Of a stretch of 37,361 nucleotides of DNA, positions 8,741-17,041 are shown piece by piece. Both the position numbers and the translations under genes were made by a program. The first letter of the stretch is position 1, and each line of letters opens with the position of its first letter. The notes under the pieces were generated by a model. It saw nothing but the letters and a program-made list of their open reading frames with translations. It was not told the DNA's origin and made no database searches. Source of the stretch: Candidatus Aenigmatarchaeota archaeon (GTDB lineage: Archaea; Aenigmatarchaeota; Aenigmatarchaeia; QMZS01); assembly GCA_003663295.1 (NCBI GenBank), contig QMZS01000002.1:1-37361 (forward strand), written 5' to 3'.

Positions 8741-9019
8741 ATGGACAAAAAAATATTTATTAAAGAATTTTTTAAATTGGACTTGAAAAAGATTCTAATA
8801 CTCTTTATTTTTAATCTCACCACAATATTACGGTTATATATTTTATTTAAACTTGGTGGATATTCCGCTATATGCGACCCTTTACCTTGCCCAGACATAA
8901 CACTATTTGCACACTGGCTTGCTTATGAAATTGGCTTAACTATAGCCATAATTCTGATATTTATTGATTATATATTTGTAAGTCTAACTAAAACATATCT
9001 TGATAAACTAAAAAAATGA
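8741..9019 (+). CDS. Small membrane protein with N-terminal FIKEFFKL motif
   Basis: 92 aa with two hydrophobic helices. Its stop overlaps the next start (ATGA at 9016-9019), suggesting translational coupling to the pilin-like gene. Confidence 0.5.
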   Translation: MDKKIFIKEFFKLDLKKILILFIFNLTTILRLYILFKLGGYSAICDPLPCPDITLFAHWLAYEIGLTIAIILIFIDYIFVSLTKTYLDKLKK

Positions 9020-9363
9020 AAGGACAATGGTTTATTGTTGCGGCGGTTTTATTTTCATTCTCCCTCTTAAGTGTATTTAATATATTTGAAAGTTATTCGG
9101 AAATGGATTTTACTTCTGTTCTAAAAAATGACGAGGATGTAATTTCATCAAATATAATCAGGGAACTGAAACAAATTGAAAAAAATTCAACCAATGCAGG
9201 CAATCTTGAAGCTGATGTTTCCGAATTCCTTGAAATGACAGAAGCAAATTTAATCGGTAAAGGCTATTATTTTGAATATAATTTTTCGGCAAGTTCTCCA
9301 AACGATTTGAATTACAATCTAACAATTAAAGGGAGAAATATGGAAATAAAATATAAATCATAA
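9016..9363 (+). CDS. Class III (type IV pilin-like) signal peptide protein
   Basis: N-terminus MKGQWFIVAAVLFSFSLLSVF: a short basic leader, KG-Q, then a hydrophobic helix, as in archaeal prepilins. The remainder is soluble. Confidence 0.55.
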   Translation: MKGQWFIVAAVLFSFSLLSVFNIFESYSEMDFTSVLKNDEDVISSNIIRELKQIEKNSTNAGNLEADVSEFLEMTEANLIGKGYYFEYNFSASSPNDLNYNLTIKGRNMEIKYKS

Positions 9364-9364
9364 A

Positions 9365-10159
9365 TTAATTAAAAATCATAATCTGGAATAAATCCCTTGT
9401 TCCAAGAGCAATTCCAAGAAGAATTACTACAAGTTTGAGCCAGTTGCTGAAACCCTTGTCATCCAGATAATTATCTATTGCCTGAATAAGAAGTAAAGAA
9501 ACCACCAATTTCATTATGAAAAAAATACCTACATTGCCAGCCCATTCAAAGATTAAATTTGGGAGAACATGCTGTTCCAAATGTCCATAAAACTCCATAC
9601 CAATAAATGTTGAACTTGCGTCCGCCAACTGCGAGAAAATAACGGCTTTATTCCAAAAACTTTTTGTTAATTTTGTAAAATTTCCCAGACCAAACACCAA
9701 CAGGAAAATCAATAAATCAAGACCTAATATCTGAACCGCGGGCATAAAATTTGAAAAGGGCAATTGCGTGAAAAATATTCCCACAAGAATAAAACCAAAT
9801 GAAAAGAAATAACTCTGGAAAGGCACCTGGGTTCTCTTTTCAAGGAAACGCGAGAAAATCAGCAAAACCAAAGTAAAAGAAAATATAAACACATAAATCG
9901 AAGGAGTAACAAACAACCTGGAAGTTAAAAACCCAGAATCTTTGAGAGCCCTTAAAACAGATCCAAGAAGAATATAAGGCAACAAAGCCAGGGCAAATTT
10001 CCCATCAATCTTTATTTTAAGAGGTTTAAAGAATTTATAATAAACTAAAAAAACCGCAGAAACAAAAAGGATTGCGTAAATAAGGGTATTTATCCAGGTA
10101 TAACCAGAGGCATTAAGGATTAGAGCCACAATATAAGTCTGAAAAATATCATACCACAT
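9365..10159 (-). CDS. Polytopic membrane protein, DUF63-like
   Basis: 264 aa with ~7 predicted TM helices. The conserved-looking FYGHLEQHVLPN segment resembles the archaeal DUF63 family as I recall it. Confidence 0.5.
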   Translation of the reverse strand: MWYDIFQTYIVALILNASGYTWINTLIYAILFVSAVFLVYYKFFKPLKIKIDGKFALALLPYILLGSVLRALKDSGFLTSRLFVTPSIYVFIFSFTLVLLIFSRFLEKRTQVPFQSYFFSFGFILVGIFFTQLPFSNFMPAVQILGLDLLIFLLVFGLGNFTKLTKSFWNKAVIFSQLADASSTFIGMEFYGHLEQHVLPNLIFEWAGNVGIFFIMKLVVSLLLIQAIDNYLDDKGFSNWLKLVVILLGIALGTRDLFQIMIFN

Positions 10160-10181
10160 TATTTAATATGTGAATTTAATT

Positions 10182-12074
10182 ATGAGGGGCACAATATTAA
10201 TTATTTTATGTTTGATTTCTGTACTATTTATATCCGGTTGCACAGTTAATCCGGAACTTGAAAAAAAATATTTTTCTGTAATTGGTGAAGGGACTATTGA
10301 AGAAAAAGAAGTGGAAATACCTGATGTTATTGTTATAGATAACATTAAAATCCCGGCTCTTGCAGGCGGAAAAGTAAAACCAAGCAGAGAAGTGGATATT
10401 ATTGTTACTTTGAAAAACCGGGATGTTAATAAACCAATTACTTTAACTTATGCGGGCATCTCAGACCCTGGAATTTTTACCTGTATTGATTGCGGAAGGA
10501 ACGGCGAAACATCAATAAGCCCTGGACAATTAAAAACATTTAGTTTTACTGTAAAAGCTCCTTCTAATGATGGCACAATTGCTTATTCAGGACATCTTGA
10601 ATTTTCCGCAAAATATAGATATAAATCAACAAGACTTGCCACAATCACATTTATTGGAAAAGATGATTATATGGATTATCTTGAATCCGGGGGAAAGGTT
10701 TCTGTTTCTATTATTAATATTCCTTCAGACGGTCCAGTTGAACTTGATTTGGATATCTCAAATATTCACCAGCCTGTTGTTGTGGATGGTGGGGTGATGT
10801 CCTCAAAATTACAAAGTAGCGAAAAGAATTCTGAATTAGTAAATAAAATTACGGATTCCTTTTTTGGGAAAATTGTTTTTGCCGCTGATTGTTCTGCGGG
10901 AGATACAAATTGGGGTAAAGCCTCAAATTATGGATGTGCTGGTAATGATAAAAGATGTTTTGGCGGAAATTGCATTCAATGTGATGGAAAAATGGTGAAT
11001 GGGCTTTGCTGGTATGAAGGTCTTAATTCAAATAACGATTGTGATCAAATCTGTTTAAATGAAGGTGGGGTATATAATAATTGTAACTGGGTTGATAGTA
11101 ACAGTTGTGTGGCTTGTAAAAATTTCCATCCAAGTGCCTCATGTGCTAGCGGAAGCTGGAAATATGCCCCATTTTATGATCCTGTTACAAATTTCTGCCA
11201 TAATGCCATTCCTGATTGCGGTGCAGAAATACCTGACCCTTTCGATAAAAATTCAGCCAGAATTTGCGCCTGTAATGGGGATAAAATTGTTTCAAGCGAC
11301 CCAGAAAAATGTTCTTATGAATGCCTAACAATATCTGATTGTCTTGCGAAATTCGGCACTAATGAAGGACAAAAGAATTGCAATATTGGATATATTTGTT
11401 GCAATACACCATGTCTTCATGACTGCGTAACAACTTATAGCTGTGCCGCAAAATTAGGCACTAATGAAGGATCTCACGGCTGTACTGGAAGCAATATTTG
11501 TTGTAAACCTTTGGGTGATGGTACGGGATGTAAATGTTCTGATGGAACTTCCTGCAATCAATGCACTTCATCTAAGCCACGATATTGTGACTCTACTGGA
11601 AATATAATTGACAAATGTGGAACCTGTGAGTGTCCAAGCGATAAACCAAATTGTCAATCAGATGGAAGTTGTACTTCTTCTGGAGGGGGTTCTGGTGGTG
11701 GCGGTAATCCTTCATCTTCTTATGAAGATAAAGGAGAACACCAAATTTATATGGAAGTACTTAATAAAGGCAGCGGGGAAATTGATGTAATAGATACAGG
11801 AAATCTGGATATTTCCTTTGAGGATATGACTCTTGAAGTGTGTTCAGAAGAATTCGGGGGCGAGGGTTGCGGCGGAACAGCTACATTTAATAATGAACCT
11901 ATTGTTGTAAGAGGTTCTAATCCTTTTAGGTATTATTTTAGTTTTACCCCAAACACCAATATTATTGGAAGCAACAGCATAACAACCACAAAAAAAGTAG
12001 AGATCTCCGCAGAATATATCTATAGGCTGCCTCAAACAATAGAGATCCTAGTTTCACCAAGAGCTGAGATTTAA
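10182..12074 (+). CDS. Secreted lipoprotein-like surface protein with a ~260-aa cysteine-rich insert
   Basis: MRGTILIILCLISVLFISGC is a signal peptide with a lipobox-like SGC. Beta-sandwich-like N- and C-terminal parts flank ~38 Cys between nt 10890 and 11671, followed by a Gly/Ser linker SSGGGSGGGGNPSSS. The track start GTG 10170 is replaced by ATG 10182. Confidence 0.75.
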   Translation: MRGTILIILCLISVLFISGCTVNPELEKKYFSVIGEGTIEEKEVEIPDVIVIDNIKIPALAGGKVKPSREVDIIVTLKNRDVNKPITLTYAGISDPGIFTCIDCGRNGETSISPGQLKTFSFTVKAPSNDGTIAYSGHLEFSAKYRYKSTRLATITFIGKDDYMDYLESGGKVSVSIINIPSDGPVELDLDISNIHQPVVVDGGVMSSKLQSSEKNSELVNKITDSFFGKIVFAADCSAGDTNWGKASNYGCAGNDKRCFGGNCIQCDGKMVNGLCWYEGLNSNNDCDQICLNEGGVYNNCNWVDSNSCVACKNFHPSASCASGSWKYAPFYDPVTNFCHNAIPDCGAEIPDPFDKNSARICACNGDKIVSSDPEKCSYECLTISDCLAKFGTNEGQKNCNIGYICCNTPCLHDCVTTYSCAAKLGTNEGSHGCTGSNICCKPLGDGTGCKCSDGTSCNQCTSSKPRYCDSTGNIIDKCGTCECPSDKPNCQSDGSCTSSGGGSGGGGNPSSSYEDKGEHQIYMEVLNKGSGEIDVIDTGNLDISFEDMTLEVCSEEFGGEGCGGTATFNNEPIVVRGSNPFRYYFSFTPNTNIIGSNSITTTKKVEISAEYIYRLPQTIEILVSPRAEI

Positions 12075-12141
12075 GGATTAATAATATTTTAAAAGAATCT
12101 CAATATACAAACCAATATAAAATTTAAAATAAAAGATAATT

Positions 12142-12714
12142 ATGGAAGAATTCCTTGAAAAAACCTTTATTGCGGTTAAACATGATGGTGTGCAAAGAGG
12201 TCTGGTTGGCGAAATTATAAAACGATTTGAACAAAGAGGACTTCGATTATGCGCAATAAAAATGATCCTGCCTGATGAAGAACTTGCGAAAAAACACTAT
12301 CCATTAACTGAAAAATGGATAAAAAATAATGCTTCAAATACAAGAAAAGCATGGGCAAAAAAAGGAATTGCTCTGGATAAAACTGATGAAGAACTGGCAT
12401 CACAGGTAAATTCCTGGCTTAAAGGTTATTTGATGGAAGGTCCTGTTGTTGCAATGGTGTGGGAAGGTATGCACGCAATAGAAATTGGAAGAAAACTTGT
12501 CGGAGCTGCAAATACAAAAGAAGCTCCGCCTGGAACAATAAGAGGAGATTTCACTGTAGATTCTTATGAAATTGCGGACAAAAAACAGAGACCTGTAAGA
12601 AATATTATTCATGCCTCAGGAAATATTGAAGAATCTAATAATGAGGTTCACTTATGGTTTAAACCAGAAGAAATTCAGGAATGGACAAAAAAAGAATGGG
12701 ATATAATGCATTAA
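12142..12714 (+). CDS. ndk: Nucleoside diphosphate kinase (with internal insertions)
   Basis: TFIAVKHDGVQRGLVGEIIKRFEQRGL, GPVVAMVWEG, APPGTIRGDF, NIIHASG (active-site His). Confidence 0.9.
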   Translation: MEEFLEKTFIAVKHDGVQRGLVGEIIKRFEQRGLRLCAIKMILPDEELAKKHYPLTEKWIKNNASNTRKAWAKKGIALDKTDEELASQVNSWLKGYLMEGPVVAMVWEGMHAIEIGRKLVGAANTKEAPPGTIRGDFTVDSYEIADKKQRPVRNIIHASGNIEESNNEVHLWFKPEEIQEWTKKEWDIMH

Positions 12715-12715
12715 G

Positions 12716-13384
12716 ATGAAATTATTATTTTTAGGATCCCCTGGCGTTGGAAAAGGAACTTATGCTCAAGTAATTACTGAAGCACTTAATATACCTCATA
12801 TATCTACAGGAGATTTGTTAAGAAATGAAACGCAAAAAGACACTGGATTAGGAAAAAAAATAGAAGAAACAATGAATCAAGGCGGATTGGTTTCTGATGA
12901 AATATTGATTCAATTAATTAAAACCAGAATTAAAGATAAAGATTGTGAAAATGGATTTATTCTGGATGGATTTCCGCGAACAAAAAATCAGGCTGAAAAT
13001 TTAGAGAAATTAACTGGAATAACCCATGTGCTTAATTTCAAAGCAAATGATGAAGTGATTATTGAAAGATTATCGGGGAGAATTGTGTGCAAAAAATGCA
13101 AAACAATATTTCACAAAACAGGTAATAAACCAAAAATTGAAAATATCTGCGATAAATGCGGTTCAGAGTTGCATCAACGTGAAGATGACAAACCGGATTC
13201 CGTTAAAAAAAGATTAAAAATATACAAAGAAAAAACAGAGCCTTTGATAGCCCATTATGACAGCAAAGGATTATTAGTGGAAATAACCATAAACAAACCA
13301 ATAAGCGAAATAAGAGATAAGGTTATTTTAAAAATAAAATCTTATCTCGAAGGCAAGACTGATAAAATTGGGGAAATTAAATAG
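12716..13384 (+). CDS. adk: Adenylate kinase, long form with Zn-lid
   Basis: P-loop LGSPGVGKGT, FILDGFPRT, lid CKKCKTIFH...CDKCGSEL. Confidence 0.9.
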   Translation: MKLLFLGSPGVGKGTYAQVITEALNIPHISTGDLLRNETQKDTGLGKKIEETMNQGGLVSDEILIQLIKTRIKDKDCENGFILDGFPRTKNQAENLEKLTGITHVLNFKANDEVIIERLSGRIVCKKCKTIFHKTGNKPKIENICDKCGSELHQREDDKPDSVKKRLKIYKEKTEPLIAHYDSKGLLVEITINKPISEIRDKVILKIKSYLEGKTDKIGEIK

Positions 13385-13580
13385 AATTAATTTGGTCATT
13401 AATATAAATTACAGAACTAATCAACCTATTTAAAATTTTCATTATCTTTTTATGGTAACTAAAAATGAAATTATGGATTTAATGACGGGTCAATATCATA
13501 ATTTAACTGTTGGTGATTAATACCCAACCACACTTAAAACTGATTATATAGAATTAAAAATTCTTCCGAAAGGTTCAATA

Positions 13581-13817
13581 ATGAAAGACCTTAAAAATAT
13601 TTTCAAGTTAAAATGTAAAAAACCTGTTGAAGATTATGAAGTAAGGGACATTCAGATAAAGGGCTTATCTTTGGATGAAAAAGATATGTATCCGGTTAAT
13701 ATATATTCTACTTTCTCTGTTAATGAATCATTTGATCCAAATCTGCTTTTACCTGCTACCGATTCTATGACCGACATACAGAGATATTTAAAAGATTACG
13801 AACCAAAAAGCAGATAA
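13581..13817 (+). CDS. Hypothetical protein
   Basis: 78-aa ORF in an otherwise unoccupied gap, with no recognisable motifs. Confidence 0.35.
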   Translation: MKDLKNIFKLKCKKPVEDYEVRDIQIKGLSLDEKDMYPVNIYSTFSVNESFDPNLLLPATDSMTDIQRYLKDYEPKSR

Positions 13818-13837
13818 TAACCAACTACAAAATTCAT

Positions 13838-14485
13838 CTATTGTTCTTCTAAAAAATTTATCATATTTTTTATTAATCCATTTACCCCTCCTTTTTTGAA
13901 ATTTCCGTGTCCCGGCAACAGAAGTTCTGTATCCAGTTTCTGTAATTTCTTCAGGGAGTTTATTAATTCGGTTTCATTGCCTCCTGTTAAATCCGCCCTC
14001 CCAACAGAATCAGAGAATAAAGTATCACCGGAAATCAATATTTTCTTTTTAGGTTCATATAGACAGATACTTCCCTTGGTATGTCCTGGGGTATGAATTA
14101 CTCTAAAAGAATAATTTTTAGTTTTGATTATCTCTCCGTCTTTTAATTTTCTATCAATTTTGGAAGAAATAAAATTATTCCCGAAAAGTTCATAAAAAGT
14201 ATTCTTCCCTGTTTCAATATTTTCAGCATCTATTTCAAGAGCATAAACATCCGCATTAGTCAATTTTTTAAACAAATTATTTCCCCCTATATGGTCATAA
14301 TGGCAATGCGTGTTCAAGATGATTTTTATTTTTTCTGGTTGCAATCCCGCTTCCTTTATCTCTCCAATAATTCTTTCAAAAGAAATCCCAAGACCTGTGT
14401 CAACAAGCAACTGGTTATCCATCAAATAAAGATTGCTTGAATTTCCGATCCCATCAAACAAAAAAATATTATCGGCAATTCTCAT
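13838..14485 (-). CDS. MBL-fold metallo-hydrolase (glyoxalase II-like)
   Basis: HxHxDH motif NTHCHYDHIGG, later HTPGHTKGS and GDTLF. Confidence 0.85.
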   Translation of the reverse strand: MRIADNIFLFDGIGNSSNLYLMDNQLLVDTGLGISFERIIGEIKEAGLQPEKIKIILNTHCHYDHIGGNNLFKKLTNADVYALEIDAENIETGKNTFYELFGNNFISSKIDRKLKDGEIIKTKNYSFRVIHTPGHTKGSICLYEPKKKILISGDTLFSDSVGRADLTGGNETELINSLKKLQKLDTELLLPGHGNFKKGGVNGLIKNMINFLEEQ

Positions 14486-14489
14486 TTTA

Positions 14490-15035
14490 TTAAACGCATA
14501 TTTTTATAATCACCTCTTCAAAACCATCTCCAGATAATACCAAAATAGTTTTCATATTGCAGAAATCCCCTCCCGCAGTATCAGGAAGTTCAACAAAAAA
14601 TTCCTCATAAATTGGAGTTGAAATATCTTCTGAAAGAAAATCATTAAATGCTGTTATCTCGCAGGTTTCTTTGTTTATTCTTGCCTGGGTGGAATAAAGA
14701 TAAAATTTGCTGTTTGAAACATTTGCAATAAATCCTTCCAAATCAGAATCAAAACAGACAACTTCATTATCCTCATCCAGAATTAAATCAATATCATAAT
14801 CAGAAAGATTGACAAATTCATTTGTTGAATTTCCTGAAACCACAATAATTTTTTTTAAAACTTCCTCCCTTTGCATTGAATTAAACAGGTATTCTGTTTT
14901 TAACTCAGACACCTGCAACAGTTCATTCTGGGTTTTATAAGAAATCTCCGAATCAAAATAATAGAAAACCGAAGCAAATGCAAAAACAAACAGAGAAGTC
15001 GCAATTGCAAAATCTATGTATATATCGCCTTTCAT
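14490..15035 (-). CDS. Class III (pilin-like) signal peptide protein
   Basis: N-terminus MKGDIYIDFAIATSLFVFAFASVFYYF: a short basic leader ending in KG, then a hydrophobic helix. The rest is an acidic soluble domain. Confidence 0.5.
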   Translation of the reverse strand: MKGDIYIDFAIATSLFVFAFASVFYYFDSEISYKTQNELLQVSELKTEYLFNSMQREEVLKKIIVVSGNSTNEFVNLSDYDIDLILDEDNEVVCFDSDLEGFIANVSNSKFYLYSTQARINKETCEITAFNDFLSEDISTPIYEEFFVELPDTAGGDFCNMKTILVLSGDGFEEVIIKICV

Positions 15036-15113
15036 AATAGTTCTTGATAAGATATTAATTAATAATTATTTCAAGATTGATTCAAAACCATGAATTAAAT
15101 GTCTGTTAAAAAA

Positions 15114-15440
15114 TTAATTTAATTCCCTAATAATTGCTTTGGAAGAACCTAAAACCACCACATTCTCAAAATTTAATTTCTTTACAAGTCCAAGGTCATA
15201 AGTTGCAACAGGCCATTTATATTTTTTGCCCGCTTCGATTATTGATTTATCCGCAATTTTTTCTTTTGTCTCAATAACTTTTACGCTATCAATCATCTCA
15301 CTTAAAATTTTGTCTTTTTTCTCTTCTGAAAATTTCTTCACTTCAACCAGACAAGGTCTCGTAATCGCGAGTTCATTTGTGCTGAAAAAAAGTTTCAGTT
15401 TTTTGTACTCCAAAAATACATTTGTATCCACCAATATCAT
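15114..15440 (-). CDS. Small PIN-domain protein (Fcf1-like)
   Basis: MILVDTNVFLEY (first acidic residue) and a C-terminal VATYDLGLVKKL...VVVLG pattern. It lies 3 nt downstream of RNase Z on the same strand. Confidence 0.6.
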   Translation of the reverse strand: MILVDTNVFLEYKKLKLFFSTNELAITRPCLVEVKKFSEEKKDKILSEMIDSVKVIETKEKIADKSIIEAGKKYKWPVATYDLGLVKKLNFENVVVLGSSKAIIRELN

Positions 15441-15443
15441 AAT

Positions 15444-16325
15444 TTAAAATTTCACCTTTTTCAAATCTTTTGCAACAAAAATATTTTTATATTTTTTGAC
15501 TTTTTTCTCAAGTTCAGTCTGGCTTAAATATTTCCTTCCAATATGGGTAAGATATATTTTCTCAGCCGAGGTTCTAAATTTCAGAACATCCTGCAAACAG
15601 GAATGCTGTTTATGTTTAATATCCTTCTTGTCAAAATAAGTGCATTCATGAACTAGAATGCAGTCTTTACAGAAATTTTCCATTTTTTTCAGGTAAATTG
15701 TATCTCCAGAATAAACAAATTTTTTCCCTGTAACCACATAAGAAACATCCTTTAGTTTTATCAATTTTTTATCCTTTTTAATTTTAGTATTTTCTTTCAA
15801 ATCCTTGCATTCCTGCCCGGTCAATTTTAATTTCTTGATTATTTTTTTATCCAGTTTTATTTTATCTTTCTCTTTGAATCTGTAAGCCACCGCAGGAATT
15901 GTGTGTTTGACTGGCATGGACTCGACAATTAGCTCATCATCCTCAAACACAATCCCTTTTTTTCCTGAATCGACAAAATTTATCTTAAATGAAAAATTGA
16001 AAAATTTCAAAAGTTGTGGTCCAATTTTATCCGCTCCAGGTCCCGCAATTAATAATTCTTTTTCTCTCTTCTCAAAACTCATAGACATCAACAAACCAAA
16101 CATTCCAAGAAAATGGTCGGCGTGCCAGTGAGATATAAAAATATTATCTATTAACATGAAATTTATTTTTGATTTCTGCAACTGGATTTGCGCTCCTTCC
16201 CCGCAATCAAAAAGCATTGAATGAGCATTTTTTGACTGGTGCAGCAAATGCACTCCTGGATGGTTTCTTCTTAAAGTTGGGACTGCGGTCCCGGTCCCTA
16301 GAAAAGTTAATTCTATGGTTGCCAT
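15444..16325 (-). CDS. rnz: Ribonuclease Z (tRNA 3' endonuclease)
   Basis: IELTFLGTGTAVPTLRRNHPGV and HWHADHFLG (HxHxDH). Confidence 0.85.
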   Translation of the reverse strand: MATIELTFLGTGTAVPTLRRNHPGVHLLHQSKNAHSMLFDCGEGAQIQLQKSKINFMLIDNIFISHWHADHFLGMFGLLMSMSFEKREKELLIAGPGADKIGPQLLKFFNFSFKINFVDSGKKGIVFEDDELIVESMPVKHTIPAVAYRFKEKDKIKLDKKIIKKLKLTGQECKDLKENTKIKKDKKLIKLKDVSYVVTGKKFVYSGDTIYLKKMENFCKDCILVHECTYFDKKDIKHKQHSCLQDVLKFRTSAEKIYLTHIGRKYLSQTELEKKVKKYKNIFVAKDLKKVKF

Positions 16326-16346
16326 AAATTAATAGATTATTAACTT

Positions 16347-16985
16347 ATGGAAAATCCGATTGTAAAAACAGATAAAAGAGAATTAAAAAGCGGAATCACC
16401 CGTTATTTAAAAAATTTTGGGTGTATTGTTGAAGAAGAACAACTTGAAATAGGGGATTATATCCTATCTGACCGAACTGCAATTGAAAGAAAGAGTTTCT
16501 CTGATTTAATCTCCTCCATTCAGGACTTGCGATTATTCTCGCAATTAAAACATTTATGCAAATTTGAAAAACCTATTTTGCTGGTTGAAGGATTTGAATA
16601 TTTTGGAAACCTGAATAATAATTCCCTTTTTGGCGCGCTTGCCAGCATAATTCTCGATTTTGGTGTTCCGGTAATCTGGACAAAAGATAAAAGAGACAGC
16701 GCCAACTTTATTTATTCTGCGGCAAAAAGAGAACAATTTAAAAATAACCGGGAAATTGCAATAAGAATCAGGAAGAGATCAAAAAATCTTGAAGACGAAC
16801 AGAAATATTTAATTGCAGGACTTCCGTCAGTAAGTTCAGTTCTCGCAAAAAGACTTCTTGAAAAATTCAAAACACCCCACAAAATATTTCATGCAAAAAA
16901 AGAAAAATTAATTGAAGTAAAAGGTATGGGCGAAAAAAAAGCCCAGAGGATTATTGATGTTCTTGAAACAAAAGTTGCTGATTAA
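16347..16985 (+). CDS. Short archaeal XPF/ERCC4-type structure-specific nuclease with C-terminal HhH2
   Basis: ERCC4 motif GDYILSDRTAIERKSFSDL; C-terminal LIAGLPSVSSVLAKRLLEKF...EVKGMGEKKAQRI (two helix-hairpin-helix motifs). Confidence 0.8.
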   Translation: MENPIVKTDKRELKSGITRYLKNFGCIVEEEQLEIGDYILSDRTAIERKSFSDLISSIQDLRLFSQLKHLCKFEKPILLVEGFEYFGNLNNNSLFGALASIILDFGVPVIWTKDKRDSANFIYSAAKREQFKNNREIAIRIRKRSKNLEDEQKYLIAGLPSVSSVLAKRLLEKFKTPHKIFHAKKEKLIEVKGMGEKKAQRIIDVLETKVAD

Positions 16986-17041
16986 TTTCAAATAAAGGAA
17001 AATATTTCTTAAGGTAATTCATTTGATTCAACATTTCTTAT

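Noticed and set aside
8536-8898. Minus-strand 120-aa ORF
   Set aside because: It is antisense to the 8741-9019 membrane-protein ORF, which is translationally coupled to the pilin-like gene, and runs into a non-coding A/T-rich spacer. It has low-complexity Ile/Phe/Ser composition.
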